Source: an uncultured virus (IMG/VR IMGVR_UViG_3300049170_000088)
Taxonomy: Duplodnaviria; Heunggongvirae; Uroviricota; Caudoviricetes
Reading direction: 5' to 3' (one strand)
Length of the DNA: 64,000 bases
Virus record (IMG/VR): IMGVR_UViG_3300049170_000088
Shown piece after piece: positions 9,485-18,993 of the stretch (positions within the stretch are counted from its first letter, which is position 1; every line of letters begins with the position of its first letter). The notes beneath the pieces were generated by a model. The model made no database searches and was not told the DNA's origin. It saw only the letters and a program-made list of their open reading frames with translations. The position numbers were made by a program, and so were the translations under genes.

Positions 9485-10408
9485 TCAGGTCAGATCGGCG
9501 AGCGCTTGGGCCATGGCGGTGTGGAAGTGCTGGTTGCGGGCGAGCGCGTGGGCGCGGCCTTCCTTGCCGCGCGCGGTGCGCTCCTTGGCGCTCAGGGCGG
9601 CGGCCTGCTTCACCGCCGCGGCGATGTCGTCGGGCTCCACGCGCTTGCACCGCACGTGCCCGGACATCTCCTCGTCCTGCGCCGGCAGAAGGTAGCCGAA
9701 GTCGGGCTGTACGTGGGCGTTCATGGGGTCGGCGTCGGTCGTGATGACCTGCGCCCCGCACAGCAGGCCCTCCACGATGCCGTGCCCCCAGCCCTCGGCG
9801 CGCGAGGGCATGAGGTGGATGGCGTGGGTGTTCAGCAGCTCGGCGACCTCTTCGCGGTCCACGTGCCCGCGGTGGGTGGCGTTTTCGGGAAGCGTCTGCC
9901 CGGTCCAGGACAGATCCCAGTCCGCGGTGATGACCAGCGGCGGCAGCTCGGCGCCGTGCCGGTGCCAGGCCTCGACCACCGCGGCGGTGCCCTTGCCGGT
10001 GGAGCGCCCGGCCATGTGCAGCACGGCCTTGGCCTTGCGCCGCTTGGGCTGGGAGCGGTCGGGGGTGGCGAAGCCGGTGAAGATGAGGCGGCGCACGTCC
10101 AGGTGGTTGGCGATCTGTGCCATGGTCTCGGACTTGGCCCACACCTGGTCGAAGCGCTCGATCTGCTTGGCGTCGGCTTCGCTCAGGCAGTCAGGGTTGG
10201 GCACGAACACCGACGCCGCGGCGTGCGGTAGCAGGACGTCGCTGGTGGTCTCCAGGAAGATCGCGACGTCGCAGGCGTCCATCGTGCCCTCGCGGAAGTC
10301 GACCACCTGCACGTCGTGGCCCAGCGCCGTACAGGCGTCGCTCATGACCTTCAGGTCGACGCTCAGGCCGGAGTCGTTGTCCTTGGAGACGAGGGTGATC
10401 CGGGCCAT
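9485..10408 (-). CDS. glycosyltransferase (GT-B, GT4-like)
   Basis: HLMPSRAEGWGHGIVEGLLCGAQVITT (EX7E motif). Confidence 0.85.
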   Translation of the reverse strand: MARITLVSKDNDSGLSVDLKVMSDACTALGHDVQVVDFREGTMDACDVAIFLETTSDVLLPHAAASVFVPNPDCLSEADAKQIERFDQVWAKSETMAQIANHLDVRRLIFTGFATPDRSQPKRRKAKAVLHMAGRSTGKGTAAVVEAWHRHGAELPPLVITADWDLSWTGQTLPENATHRGHVDREEVAELLNTHAIHLMPSRAEGWGHGIVEGLLCGAQVITTDADPMNAHVQPDFGYLLPAQDEEMSGHVRCKRVEPDDIAAAVKQAAALSAKERTARGKEGRAHALARNQHFHTAMAQALADLT

Positions 10409-10977
10409 CAGGCGGTGACCTCCTGGATCAGGACGTCACGGCCGCCCCAGGGGGCCTCTCGCCGGTCGACGCGGTAGTTCACGCCGTTCTCGATCAGGTG
10501 CGGGATGAGCTTGAGGCCCTTGCGCACCCACTGGTCGTCCTGGTCCATGTCGTCGGCCAGGATCAGGCCGCCGGGCCGGATCAGCTCCAGCGCGAAGGCG
10601 TACTCCTTCATCACCAGGTCGGGATCGTTGTCCGAGTCCAGGAAGATGACGTCGAACGTCTGGCCCTCGCTGATCAGGCGCGGCATGACGTCCAGGCTGG
10701 AGCCGGTGATCAGCTCGGCGTGCTGGTCCACGCCGTGGCGCTCCAGGACCAGGCGCGCGTTGCTGACGTCCAGGTCGATGCCGACCACCCGGCCGCCGTG
10801 CCGGGCGGCGTGCTCGGCGAAGAACAGGCTGGACCAGCCGTCGGCCGGGCGGGCGGCGTCTGCGGTTTCCCGGATCGTGCCGACTTCAAGGACGTCAAGG
10901 GCCTTCTTGCCGGTGCGCTCCTGGAGTCCGGCCAGCTCGCGCTGAAGGATCACCTCAAGAGTCTTCATGCGCGCCAT
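10408..10977 (-). CDS. class I SAM-dependent methyltransferase (Methyltransf_24-like)
   Basis: VLEVGT, VVGIDLD, FDVIFLDS, IRPGGLILADD; translationally coupled to the glycosyltransferase. Confidence 0.85.
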   Translation of the reverse strand: MARMKTLEVILQRELAGLQERTGKKALDVLEVGTIRETADAARPADGWSSLFFAEHAARHGGRVVGIDLDVSNARLVLERHGVDQHAELITGSSLDVMPRLISEGQTFDVIFLDSDNDPDLVMKEYAFALELIRPGGLILADDMDQDDQWVRKGLKLIPHLIENGVNYRVDRREAPWGGRDVLIQEVTA

Positions 10978-11030
10978 GATCTGGCACGTATCACCCCATA
11001 GCGGTCATACGGTGCGCGTGTTGCCGCGGA

Positions 11031-11426
11031 CTACCGCTGGGCGTCGTAGGCCACGGCCTTCATGATCTCCTCGCGGCCCGGCGGCAGGTCCCATTCCTTG
11101 ATGAAGTCCTCCCCGTCCCGCGCCTGGTGCAGCAGCAACTTGAACCCTCGCCCGGTGGAGATCATCGCTTTCTCCGGCATCGCGTGCGCCGTGGTGAAGG
11201 TGTGCCGCAGGGAGTGCTCTCCGATGTAGGTCAGGCCGCCTTCCGTCTCGGCCTGCCCGAGTTGCGCCGTCGACCAGCAGAAACGCTTCATCGCCGCATC
11301 GCCGGTCTGGAACCGGTGCACCGCCGCGAGCACCATCCGGGTCTTCTCCTCGCCGCCCTCTTGGTAGTGCTCCTCGGCATGGTGAATGACCCACAGCATG
11401 TCCGTCTCCTCTCCTCGGCGCCGCAT
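11031..11426 (-). CDS. hypothetical protein
   Basis: High GC3; GGAGAGGAG RBS suggests the start is MLWVIHH. Confidence 0.55.
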   Translation of the reverse strand: MRRRGEETDMLWVIHHAEEHYQEGGEEKTRMVLAAVHRFQTGDAAMKRFCWSTAQLGQAETEGGLTYIGEHSLRHTFTTAHAMPEKAMISTGRGFKLLLHQARDGEDFIKEWDLPPGREEIMKAVAYDAQR

Positions 11427-11506
11427 GCGCGAAAGCGCCCAACCAGGCTTCTCCTGAAGCCAGTTGGGCGCTACCCGAATGCTGGATTTGTTACCGTGAG
11501 TACGCC

Positions 11507-12730
11507 TCAGTCAGGCATCCGGTCGAACCGGTTCACCCGCTCCGTGATCCTCAGCGGAGCGCCCTCGGGCCCCTTGATGTGCGGCAGCACGATGTGGTCC
11601 TTGTCGTGCCAGCACTGGGGCGGCACCGTGTTGTGCAGGTGAGTGGCCATGCACTTGTTCTGCCGGTATCCGCCCACGGGGAAGCGGCACTTGTAGTGCG
11701 GCTCGCGGCGACCGGTCGACGTCGCGGCATCGTCCTCGCGCTGCACACGGGTAGGACGCCGGCGCGGATGCACCCGCACCCGCCGCACGCCCCCCGAGCC
11801 GCCGATACCCTCCTTGGCGTCCCGCTTGCGGCCGTGCCGGTTGCGCGGCATCTCCTCCACCTCGCAGATGTTGCCCTTCTGCGTCATGAGCTGCCACGTG
11901 GTGTAGACCACGGAGAGCCATTCGTCGGTGGAGTCCTTCAACGGCTTCGGCCACTCGATTCCGAAAGGGACCAGCGTCTCGTTGTCCCAGGAGAGCGGCG
12001 TCACCTCCGTGGAGACGGTCACCTCGCGCATGCGGGCCGCCGTCATCGGCAACCCGTCCGGGCCCAGCCCCACCACCGTGTCGTCCGGCAGCAGCGCATA
12101 GCGGTCCTCGGTGCAGGTGTAGAAGTTCATCCAGATGCCCTTGAAGTGCAGGGGGACCCTCGTCAGCTCCTGGCCGTTGTTGTGCATCCACACCGGCTGC
12201 TGGGAGGGCGGCGCATCAGGGATCGCGATCGCGTCGGCCGCCGAGAACCGCGACCAGGACGCGGCCACGATGGGCGTGGTCACCCAGGCGTCCACGCCGT
12301 CGTAATCAGCCATCGTGCCGCGGATGACGTCACGGAAGTTCATCCGGTAGCCGCCGATCGGCTCATCGAAAACGATCAAGCCGGTGTCGGGGATTCCCTC
12401 CCGCCAGATGATCTCGCCCTGGTGCGGCTGCTCGGAGCACGCCAGCGCGAGCGCCGTCATGTCGGCATCCACGCTGAACAGCTCAGCGTTCGCCAGACGC
12501 CTGGTCTCCAGCGGGGCGAGGAACTGCGCAGCCACCGACCCCGGGGAGTAGTCGTGGAGCATGCCCGGAACGACCGGGAAGACGTTCGTGCGCCCGACGT
12601 TGACGGCCTGCGACAGCGTCTGCATGTAAGAGCGCTGCATCGAATAGCCGACCATCGTCGCGCGCCACTCCGGCAGGCGCTCCGGCGCCGGCGGATTCCA
12701 CGGCGGCATCCCCACGTCCGGGACGCTCAC
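11507..12730 (-). CDS. conserved phage/plasmid hypothetical protein
   Basis: GTG at 12730 overlaps the upstream stop; C-terminal RFPVGGYR...HIVLPHIKGPEGAPL resembles a common phage motif. Confidence 0.7.
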   Translation of the reverse strand: MSVPDVGMPPWNPPAPERLPEWRATMVGYSMQRSYMQTLSQAVNVGRTNVFPVVPGMLHDYSPGSVAAQFLAPLETRRLANAELFSVDADMTALALACSEQPHQGEIIWREGIPDTGLIVFDEPIGGYRMNFRDVIRGTMADYDGVDAWVTTPIVAASWSRFSAADAIAIPDAPPSQQPVWMHNNGQELTRVPLHFKGIWMNFYTCTEDRYALLPDDTVVGLGPDGLPMTAARMREVTVSTEVTPLSWDNETLVPFGIEWPKPLKDSTDEWLSVVYTTWQLMTQKGNICEVEEMPRNRHGRKRDAKEGIGGSGGVRRVRVHPRRRPTRVQREDDAATSTGRREPHYKCRFPVGGYRQNKCMATHLHNTVPPQCWHDKDHIVLPHIKGPEGAPLRITERVNRFDRMPD

Positions 12731-13119
12731 GACCGTGCCTCCTGCTCGCGCTCGTACTTCTCCAGCTCCTCGGCATACACCGGACCCACGTCGTAGCCGC
12801 GCGCTTGCAGCCATCGCAGCAGCAGCATCCGGTCCTCGTAGGAGCGGTCGGTGGCCTCCCGCCCCCCGTCGCCCCGGATCTCCTGCGCAGTCGAGCGGAT
12901 CGCGCGGGAACCAGACCACACTGCGATGTCCAGCGCATCGGAGCCCTGGTCCAGCAGCCCCTCCGTGGTGTTGAAGTACTCCAGGCGCTCCACCACCCGC
13001 ATCGCGCGCCGCTGCGCCTCTGAGGCCTCCCGTACGGCTTTCAGCAGCTGTCCGGCGTAGAAGTCGCCCACCAGATGGGCGGCGCGCTCCTCCTCCTCGG
13101 CACTCAGGTCGCTGTTCAT
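12727..13119 (-). CDS. hypothetical protein
   Basis: ATGA-coupled start at 13119 (MNSDLS). Confidence 0.6.
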   Translation of the reverse strand: MNSDLSAEEEERAAHLVGDFYAGQLLKAVREASEAQRRAMRVVERLEYFNTTEGLLDQGSDALDIAVWSGSRAIRSTAQEIRGDGGREATDRSYEDRMLLLRWLQARGYDVGPVYAEELEKYEREQEARS

Positions 13120-13667
13120 GCCTTCCCCTCCCATATTGCGCACGCCTGCTCCAGGCGCTCGTACTTCTCGGCGGTGCTGTGTCCGTCCCACTCCCAGCTC
13201 TCAACGCGCCGCACATGCCCGAAGTAGCGCATGTCCCGCTCAGGGATGTGCCAGGAGAGCTGACCGGCCGGGGAGGCGATGTAGACGATCCAGAAGCCCG
13301 GATAGTCGGGCGCCTCGGTGATCACCGAGGGCCAGCGGCGGGTGTACCCGGCCACCATCCGGTTCCGCTCCCGGTACACCTGGCTGGTCACCGGGTCGTC
13401 CCCGTCGGCGACGTCGACCGGCGGCGTGCGCCAGGCGCCGGTGTCGCTGAAGTCGCCGGCGCCAGGCACGTACAGGCCCTCACCGTGGACGTCGTAGCCG
13501 ATCTTCTGCCCGGCCCGCAGGTGCGGATTGCCCGCCGAGAGCCCGTCGGGACAGTCGAAGCAGCGCTCCCCGTCGTGACGCCCGTGCCGACAGCGGTCCA
13601 AGGAGGAAAGGACCTGCGCGAGCGCGCGCGCCTGCTCATCCGGTCCGAGCACGCTCATCAGGGTCAC
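13116..13667 (-). CDS. WDGH-motif phage protein
   Basis: VYRERN...SPAGQLSWHI...WDGHSTAEKYERL. Confidence 0.7.
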   Translation of the reverse strand: MTLMSVLGPDEQARALAQVLSSLDRCRHGRHDGERCFDCPDGLSAGNPHLRAGQKIGYDVHGEGLYVPGAGDFSDTGAWRTPPVDVADGDDPVTSQVYRERNRMVAGYTRRWPSVITEAPDYPGFWIVYIASPAGQLSWHIPERDMRYFGHVRRVESWEWDGHSTAEKYERLEQACAIWEGKA

Positions 13668-14155
13668 AGCACGCCTCCGGCCGCCCCGGCGTGCAGGCGC
13701 ACCGAGCTGCGCAGGATCAGCGCGGGCACCGGGGGCAGTCCGGCCGCCTCCAGGCGCTCAGCCAGGAGATGGCGCAGGCGTTCGGTGGTCATGCCGGGGA
13801 TGATCAGCGCGTGGTCGTGGGAGTGGAGCAGACGCGTCACGGCCGCCGCGGCATCCTCGGGCAGGATCGTGATCTCCTCGGATTCCATGCAAGGACCGGT
13901 CACCTGCGCGGGGAACCCCGGCTCGGGCCCGGCGAATCCGGAGCGCCGTAGCCGCACCACGTCCTCGGGCAGGACGCCCTGACGCATCAGCAGCAGCCCG
14001 GCCTTGGCGCGGAGCTGGGCATCGGGGACGGCGGCGATCGCGGCGTCCAGGGCGGGCAGCTCCTGCGGCGACAGCAAGTCGTAGTGGGGCAAGGGGTGTT
14101 GCCTTTCTGACGTGAGCGTCCGGTACCCGTCAAGCATGGCACCGGACGCTGACAC
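13664..14155 (-). CDS. truncated tyrosine-recombinase-like protein
   Basis: LLLMRQGVLPEDVVRLR is box I-like without the catalytic Arg; EAAGLPPVPALILRSS is box II-like. Confidence 0.4.
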   Translation of the reverse strand: MSASGAMLDGYRTLTSERQHPLPHYDLLSPQELPALDAAIAAVPDAQLRAKAGLLLMRQGVLPEDVVRLRRSGFAGPEPGFPAQVTGPCMESEEITILPEDAAAAVTRLLHSHDHALIIPGMTTERLRHLLAERLEAAGLPPVPALILRSSVRLHAGAAGGVL

Positions 14156-14204
14156 CGCGCGGCAGAAAGGGGCCGCGAGCCCCCTGTTTCCCGCTTGTGC
14201 GCCC

Positions 14205-14363
14205 CTACTTGCCGAAGATGTTGTAGGCGAATCCCAGGGCCACCAGGAGCGGGATGAACCACCACTCCAACCGCTTGCCGACAGCCTTCTCCGGCTCCAC
14301 GTTGCCCGTCTCGTCCCTGACCACGATCACGATCTTCTGTCGCTCGTTGTCCTGCGCGCCCAT
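14205..14363 (-). CDS. 52-aa membrane peptide (below the ORF-track cutoff)
   Basis: GGAGG RBS; MGAQDNERQK...WWFIPLLVALGFAYNIFGK. Confidence 0.5.
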   Translation of the reverse strand: MGAQDNERQKIVIVVRDETGNVEPEKAVGKRLEWWFIPLLVALGFAYNIFGK

Positions 14364-14529
14364 GCGCGTCCTCCCGGCTTCCGTTTAGGGCACCAGAATG
14401 CACCCGTTGGGCGCCCGAGTCATCCACCTACCTGCACTGTTACGGACTATGCGGGAGTATGCCGGAGTCGACGGTCGGGTCATCAGATCACCGTCAATGT
14501 CCGCTGCCCCCGATGGGCAGACCCGGTAT

Positions 14530-14730
14530 TCACTGCGGGAGTCCTGGGCCTCGACGATGACGTCCTTGCTTGTCAACGACGATCAAGGGCGGACAGCCGG
14601 GGCACGAGAAGAGGCCCTGAGAGCCGAGCCAGCGCCACCCCTCATCCCACAGGCCGGAGTGGTCCCGGTCTTCCGGCACGGGGGCGCTGGCCTTGCACCG
14701 GGTGCAGGTGACGGCAGTGGACTTCGTCAT
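14530..14730 (-). CDS. small zinc-ribbon protein
   Basis: CTRC...CPGC; ATG at 14730. Confidence 0.55.
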   Translation of the reverse strand: MTKSTAVTCTRCKASAPVPEDRDHSGLWDEGWRWLGSQGLFSCPGCPPLIVVDKQGRHRRGPGLPQ

Positions 14731-14762
14731 CAAGGGGCCTTTCTCGGGTGATCCACACCAGG

Positions 14763-15809
14763 CTATCGGCCGTGCCGTGACGGCTGAGCTGCAAAGATCA
14801 CCTCGTTGCCCGTGACGGGTACCTCGGCTGAACCCCCAGTGCGTGCGGACGGGGTCCGCACGCCCGCCACCGTGTCCAGGATCGTCTGCCACCGATGCCC
14901 ATAAGTGTGGTGCTCCCTCACGTGCTCGAACCCGGCCCGACGGATCTTCTCCCGCTCTGCGTCGTGCATCACGTAGTAGTCGATCAGCTCGTGCAGCTCG
15001 TCGAAGTCGCCGTAGGTGTAGAACGCCAGATGGCGGCCGTCGGTGAAGTGCTCCTCCAGGCCCGGCACATACGGGTGGATCAGGAACCCGCCACGGCCGA
15101 TCGTCTCGTAGACGCGGTCCGACCAGTAGCCCGTGTAGTCGAATCCGGGGCACAGCGAGTCCCCGATAATGACCTTGGTGTCCGCGTAGAAGCGGTTCAG
15201 CCCTTCCCCGAACACCGGGCCCTGCGGGCTCTCCGCGCCGCGGTGCGCGAACCCGTCCCCGTAGGTCTCCTCCAGCCAGTCCACCAGTACCGGACGATAC
15301 GGCCACTCCGCGGGGTAGTCCCTGCGCCCGCCCACAAAGCCCACGTCATGCAGGTACCCCTCCGGCCGCGGATCAGCCATCACGCACTCCCCGCGGTACA
15401 CGCCGGCGGGAAGGTAGTGCCCCTGCACCGGCGTCTCCCGGTTCAGGTACTCCACCAGGCCGGGGTCCACCGAGAAGAAGTGGTCGACGTGCCGGTACAC
15501 CGGCTCTCGCCGCACCTGCTCCGCGCGCTGAAGCCCGGTCCACAGATCCAGGTGGTAGCTCACCGAGGGCACCCCGGCCGCGCGCAGCTCGCCGAGAACC
15601 TGCTCCATGCTCAAAGCGCCCGGCGTCACCCCGCCCGGCGTATGCACCCACACCAGCACCTCCGCCGCCCGGCCGCGCTTCAGGATCTCCTCGGACGCGG
15701 CCCCGAGCTGGAGCCGGTCCACCTCATGCCCCAGATCCTCCAGCGACTGAGCCCAATAGGTCTCGCTCGTCCAGAAAGCTGCGAAGTTGCCGAGGAAGAC
15801 GATGCGCAC
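14763..15809 (-). CDS. glycosyltransferase, CgeB/Glyco_trans_1_2-like
   Basis: VRIVFLGN start; DVGFVG; YWSDRVYETIGRGGFL; HVREHHTYGHRW. Confidence 0.85.
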   Translation of the reverse strand: MRIVFLGNFAAFWTSETYWAQSLEDLGHEVDRLQLGAASEEILKRGRAAEVLVWVHTPGGVTPGALSMEQVLGELRAAGVPSVSYHLDLWTGLQRAEQVRREPVYRHVDHFFSVDPGLVEYLNRETPVQGHYLPAGVYRGECVMADPRPEGYLHDVGFVGGRRDYPAEWPYRPVLVDWLEETYGDGFAHRGAESPQGPVFGEGLNRFYADTKVIIGDSLCPGFDYTGYWSDRVYETIGRGGFLIHPYVPGLEEHFTDGRHLAFYTYGDFDELHELIDYYVMHDAEREKIRRAGFEHVREHHTYGHRWQTILDTVAGVRTPSARTGGSAEVPVTGNEVIFAAQPSRHGR

Positions 15810-16038
15810 GCCGGTTCCTTCCCTGCGCCGGGAGGCGCTGACCGGTAGGCCAGCGCTCATAGCAGACACAGTGTCATATACCGGGCATTCGGCAGCGGAA
15901 CGGCAGTGACTGGACTCGCCTTGGCGTCACGGGACGAAAACAGCAGGTCACCGAGGGTGCGCCGAATGGAAGAACGCCCCGTCAGGTCTGCGGACCGGAC
16001 GGGGCGTACCAGTGCCTCACCCGCTACCGTGACGGGCT

Positions 16039-16968
16039 ATGCGCGAAACACGTGGAGATACCGTACCCGTCCCGCCCCTCAGCGACGACCTTGCTTTCCT
16101 GGACATCGTCACCGAATGGGACATCAGCACCCCCTACCACGAGTGGAAGCCCTCCATCGTGGTCCCGCCCACCTTCCTGGCCGGTGCCGCCATCGGCCGC
16201 GTCATCGCCGTCTGCAACCAGAAGGGCGGCGCAGGCAAGACCACTACCAGCCTGGAGCTGGCCATGGCGCTCGTCGCCCGCGGACTGCGTGTGCGCATCA
16301 TCGACGCCGACAAGCAGGATGCCTCCCTGTCCGCATGGTTGCGCTACTTCCTTCCCGAAGGCGTCACGATCGCCGACGCACCCAACCTGCTGCACTTGTT
16401 CTTCGACCAGGAAGTGGGCCTGGCCGACGTCACCTACGCCACCCCCTACACGGGCCTGACCTTCGTACCCTCCTTCCCCGACCTGGACGACGTGGAAGCC
16501 AAGCGCCCCACCGGCTCCGAAACCGCTCTCCAGTTCCACCTGTCCCAGGACGACGACGCCGACGTCACGATCATCGACTGCGGCCCGGCACTGGGCCCCC
16601 TGACCGTCTCCGCCCTGGTCGCCGCCGACGACGTCCTCATCCCCGTGCAGGGCGACAGCGGCCTGGACGTCAAGGGCGCCGCCGCCCTGAACCGCTCGAT
16701 CACCACGGTACGCAAGCGGCTCAACCCCAAGCTCCGTGTCGCCGGCGTGGTCCTCACCGACTTCGAGAAGTCCAGCCTGGCGCGGCAGATCGGCCACATC
16801 TTCGCCCAGAAGTACCCCGAAGCCGTCCTGCTTCCCGTGCGCACCTCCGTACGCCTGGGTGAATCCCAGCTCGCCCGCACTCCCTTGAGGGTCTTCGCGC
16901 CGGGCGCCACCACGGTCCTGGACTACGACCGCGGCGCACAGCTCCTGTTGCAGAGCGGAGGCGCCTGA
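16039..16968 (+). CDS. parA: ParA/Soj partition ATPase
   Basis: Deviant Walker A NQKGGAGKTT; IIDADKQ; IIDCGP. Confidence 0.93.
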   Translation: MRETRGDTVPVPPLSDDLAFLDIVTEWDISTPYHEWKPSIVVPPTFLAGAAIGRVIAVCNQKGGAGKTTTSLELAMALVARGLRVRIIDADKQDASLSAWLRYFLPEGVTIADAPNLLHLFFDQEVGLADVTYATPYTGLTFVPSFPDLDDVEAKRPTGSETALQFHLSQDDDADVTIIDCGPALGPLTVSALVAADDVLIPVQGDSGLDVKGAAALNRSITTVRKRLNPKLRVAGVVLTDFEKSSLARQIGHIFAQKYPEAVLLPVRTSVRLGESQLARTPLRVFAPGATTVLDYDRGAQLLLQSGGA

Positions 16969-18014
16969 TGCCCACCTACGACGCCAGCGACGCCCTGAAC
17001 GAACTCTTCGACGAGGGCAGCAACGACAGCGGGCACAACGGCACTGCGAGGCCCACGGGTGACGCCGTGGAGGCGCGCACCCAGGCGCTCCTGGACGGGC
17101 CCACCGCGGCGGACGCCATCGACCCCGTTCTGCGGCTCGCGGACAAGCTGCCGCGCCTGGAGGACGTTCGCGAGGTCGCCGAGGACGACACCTCCGACCT
17201 GACCGACATCGAGCAGCAGCAAAGAGCACAGACCGAGTCCGTCATCGACACCGCGCTCGCGGCCAACGACGCCGCCTTGTGGGTCGTCGCCCTGGGCCTG
17301 GACCGCGCCGCCAAGGGCCGCTGGTGGCGCCGCGAATACGCCACCTGGGGCGCCTACGTGGAATCCCGGCTCGGCCGCAGCGCCGTCTACGGCCGACAGC
17401 TCCGCAAGAACGCCCCCCTCGCGCTGGAGACCGCGGCGGCGACCGGCACGGTGCCCAAGCCCTCCCACGTGAAGGTCACCGTCAAGACCGAGGAGCTGCA
17501 CGGACGTAACGCCGCCGTCGACCTGTACCGCTCTGTGCGCGACATCAGCGCCGACCTGGGCGGCAAGCCAACGGCCGCCAACCTCATGGCCGTCCAGCAG
17601 CGTCTCCCCAGCGCGCTGCCACCGCTGCCCGAACAGCAGCGCGCCGTCATCGAAGCCGCCGCACGCAGCACACTCCTTGGGCAGGACGAGGAGAGCGAAC
17701 CCGGGCCGGGCACGGGCGCTTCAATTGAAGCGCCCACCGAACAGTCCGAGACGACACCGGCCGACGCCGCCCCAGCCGGCGAGCCCGAGGACGACATCCC
17801 CGACGCGGAGATCGTCCCCGAGCATCTGGTGACCCTCAAGGACGCGCTGCGCACCCTGAACATCCTCAACAAGACGATCACCAAGGACGTGTTGGCGCAG
17901 GCCGCGGCCGATCCCTCCGACCCCGAGGAGTACCAGCGTCTACGGGCCGCCCTCGTACAGAAGGCGACCGCGCTACGCAACAAGGCGCTCCACGCCCCCG
18001 CAGGACGGCCATAA
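16968..18014 (+). CDS. ParA partner (putative centromere-binding protein)
   Basis: TGATG-coupled to parA; YATWGAYVESRLGRSAVYGRQL is HTH-like; no ParB CTPase GxxR motif seen. Confidence 0.65.
   Translation: MPTYDASDALNELFDEGSNDSGHNGTARPTGDAVEARTQALLDGPTAADAIDPVLRLADKLPRLEDVREVAEDDTSDLTDIEQQQRAQTESVIDTALAANDAALWVVALGLDRAAKGRWWRREYATWGAYVESRLGRSAVYGRQLRKNAPLALETAAATGTVPKPSHVKVTVKTEELHGRNAAVDLYRSVRDISADLGGKPTAANLMAVQQRLPSALPPLPEQQRAVIEAAARSTLLGQDEESEPGPGTGASIEAPTEQSETTPADAAPAGEPEDDIPDAEIVPEHLVTLKDALRTLNILNKTITKDVLAQAAADPSDPEEYQRLRAALVQKATALRNKALHAPAGRP
17714..17735. promoter_or_regulatory. 22-bp perfect palindrome, candidate parS-like site (copy 1)
   Basis: GGGCGCTTCAATTGAAGCGCCC; the 18-bp core recurs at 55127. 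Confidence 0.5.
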
Positions 18015-18030
18015 CCACGCGCACCCACAA

Positions 18031-18082
18031 CGCTGTAGGGCCGTCCCGCCGCGAGTTGCCACGGGAGAACGGCCCTACAGCG
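18031..18082 (+). terminator. stem-loop after the par operon
   Basis: CGCTGTAGGGCCGT / ACGGCCCTACAGCG, 14-bp inverted repeat. Confidence 0.6.
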
Positions 18083-18208
18083 CGCGCCTACCGTCGGACT
18101 GCTCCGAAGACTTCAGTGCCGCACAGAACGCTTCAGTGCATGGATGCGTTGAGCACGGCGCCCCGCGGGCATACGGCCCGCGGGGCGCCCCCGAGAGGGA
18201 GAGAGTGA

Positions 18209-18460
18209 ATGAGCAACACCCACAAGCAGCTTGAAGTGTGGTTCTCGTTCCTGCGCGACCGCGCCGCGGAGACGGGAACGCCGCAGTTCAACCGCATGGC
18301 GGGATTCGCCTATGGGTACGCCAGAGCGATGCTGGAGGTCGGGCACGAGGAACTGGCCCAGGAGAAGGTGAAGTGGCTGATCGCCGAGTCTGAGCAGTTC
18401 AAGAGGCACCCGACATACCCCGGCCGCGAGGCCGACGCGTCTGTGGCGCCCGTCGTCTGA
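18209..18460 (+). CDS. hypothetical protein
   Basis: GA-rich RBS; typical GC3. Confidence 0.6.
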   Translation: MSNTHKQLEVWFSFLRDRAAETGTPQFNRMAGFAYGYARAMLEVGHEELAQEKVKWLIAESEQFKRHPTYPGREADASVAPVV

Positions 18461-18473
18461 CGCGGAGCGACGC

Positions 18474-18962
18474 CTACCGGCTCCCCGGCGGCATCACCAG
18501 CGGCGGGGCATCGCACGAGGGCTCCCACCGGGGGCCCTCGCGCTGCCACAGGCACTGTCCCGCTGCCGTCGCCTCCTCGACCGTCCACGAACCGAAGCCG
18601 GGCAGCAGGGAAGCGCTCTCGTACGCCACGGCGCCCTCCTTGGAGAGTGCGACCAGCTTCCCGCACCGGCATCGCCCTCCCTTGAGCACGCGCACCGCGA
18701 GCGCGAATGCGGCATCGGCCGGTCCCCGGTGGTTCTCCTCGATGAGCCGCGTCCCGGCGAACTGCGCGGAGGCATACCAGGCCGCCTCCTCCACCGGCAC
18801 GTCCTCGTGCAGGAACCCGATCTCGAACCCGCGCGCTCCGGCGCGCTGGCACAGGTCAGCCGTTGCTGGCAGGATCTCGTCGTAGTCCTCGCCCATCTCC
18901 GGCATCACCGGCCCCGGCTCGGGGCGGCTGCGGCGCGGCTTCTTCCTTTTGTCACGACCCAT
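18474..18962 (-). CDS. hypothetical protein
   Basis: High GC3; CRCG and C-x-W motifs. Confidence 0.6.
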   Translation of the reverse strand: MGRDKRKKPRRSRPEPGPVMPEMGEDYDEILPATADLCQRAGARGFEIGFLHEDVPVEEAAWYASAQFAGTRLIEENHRGPADAAFALAVRVLKGGRCRCGKLVALSKEGAVAYESASLLPGFGSWTVEEATAAGQCLWQREGPRWEPSCDAPPLVMPPGSR

Positions 18963-18993
18963 GCGCGCACTGTAGTCATTTCGCGGCGACCGA

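Noticed and set aside
11507..13216. Long N-terminal extensions in the ORF track (also 25070-26785, 59155-60477, 60174-61553, 19563-20972)
   Set aside because: The extensions overlap better-supported genes; starts were reassigned using RBS and stop/start coupling.
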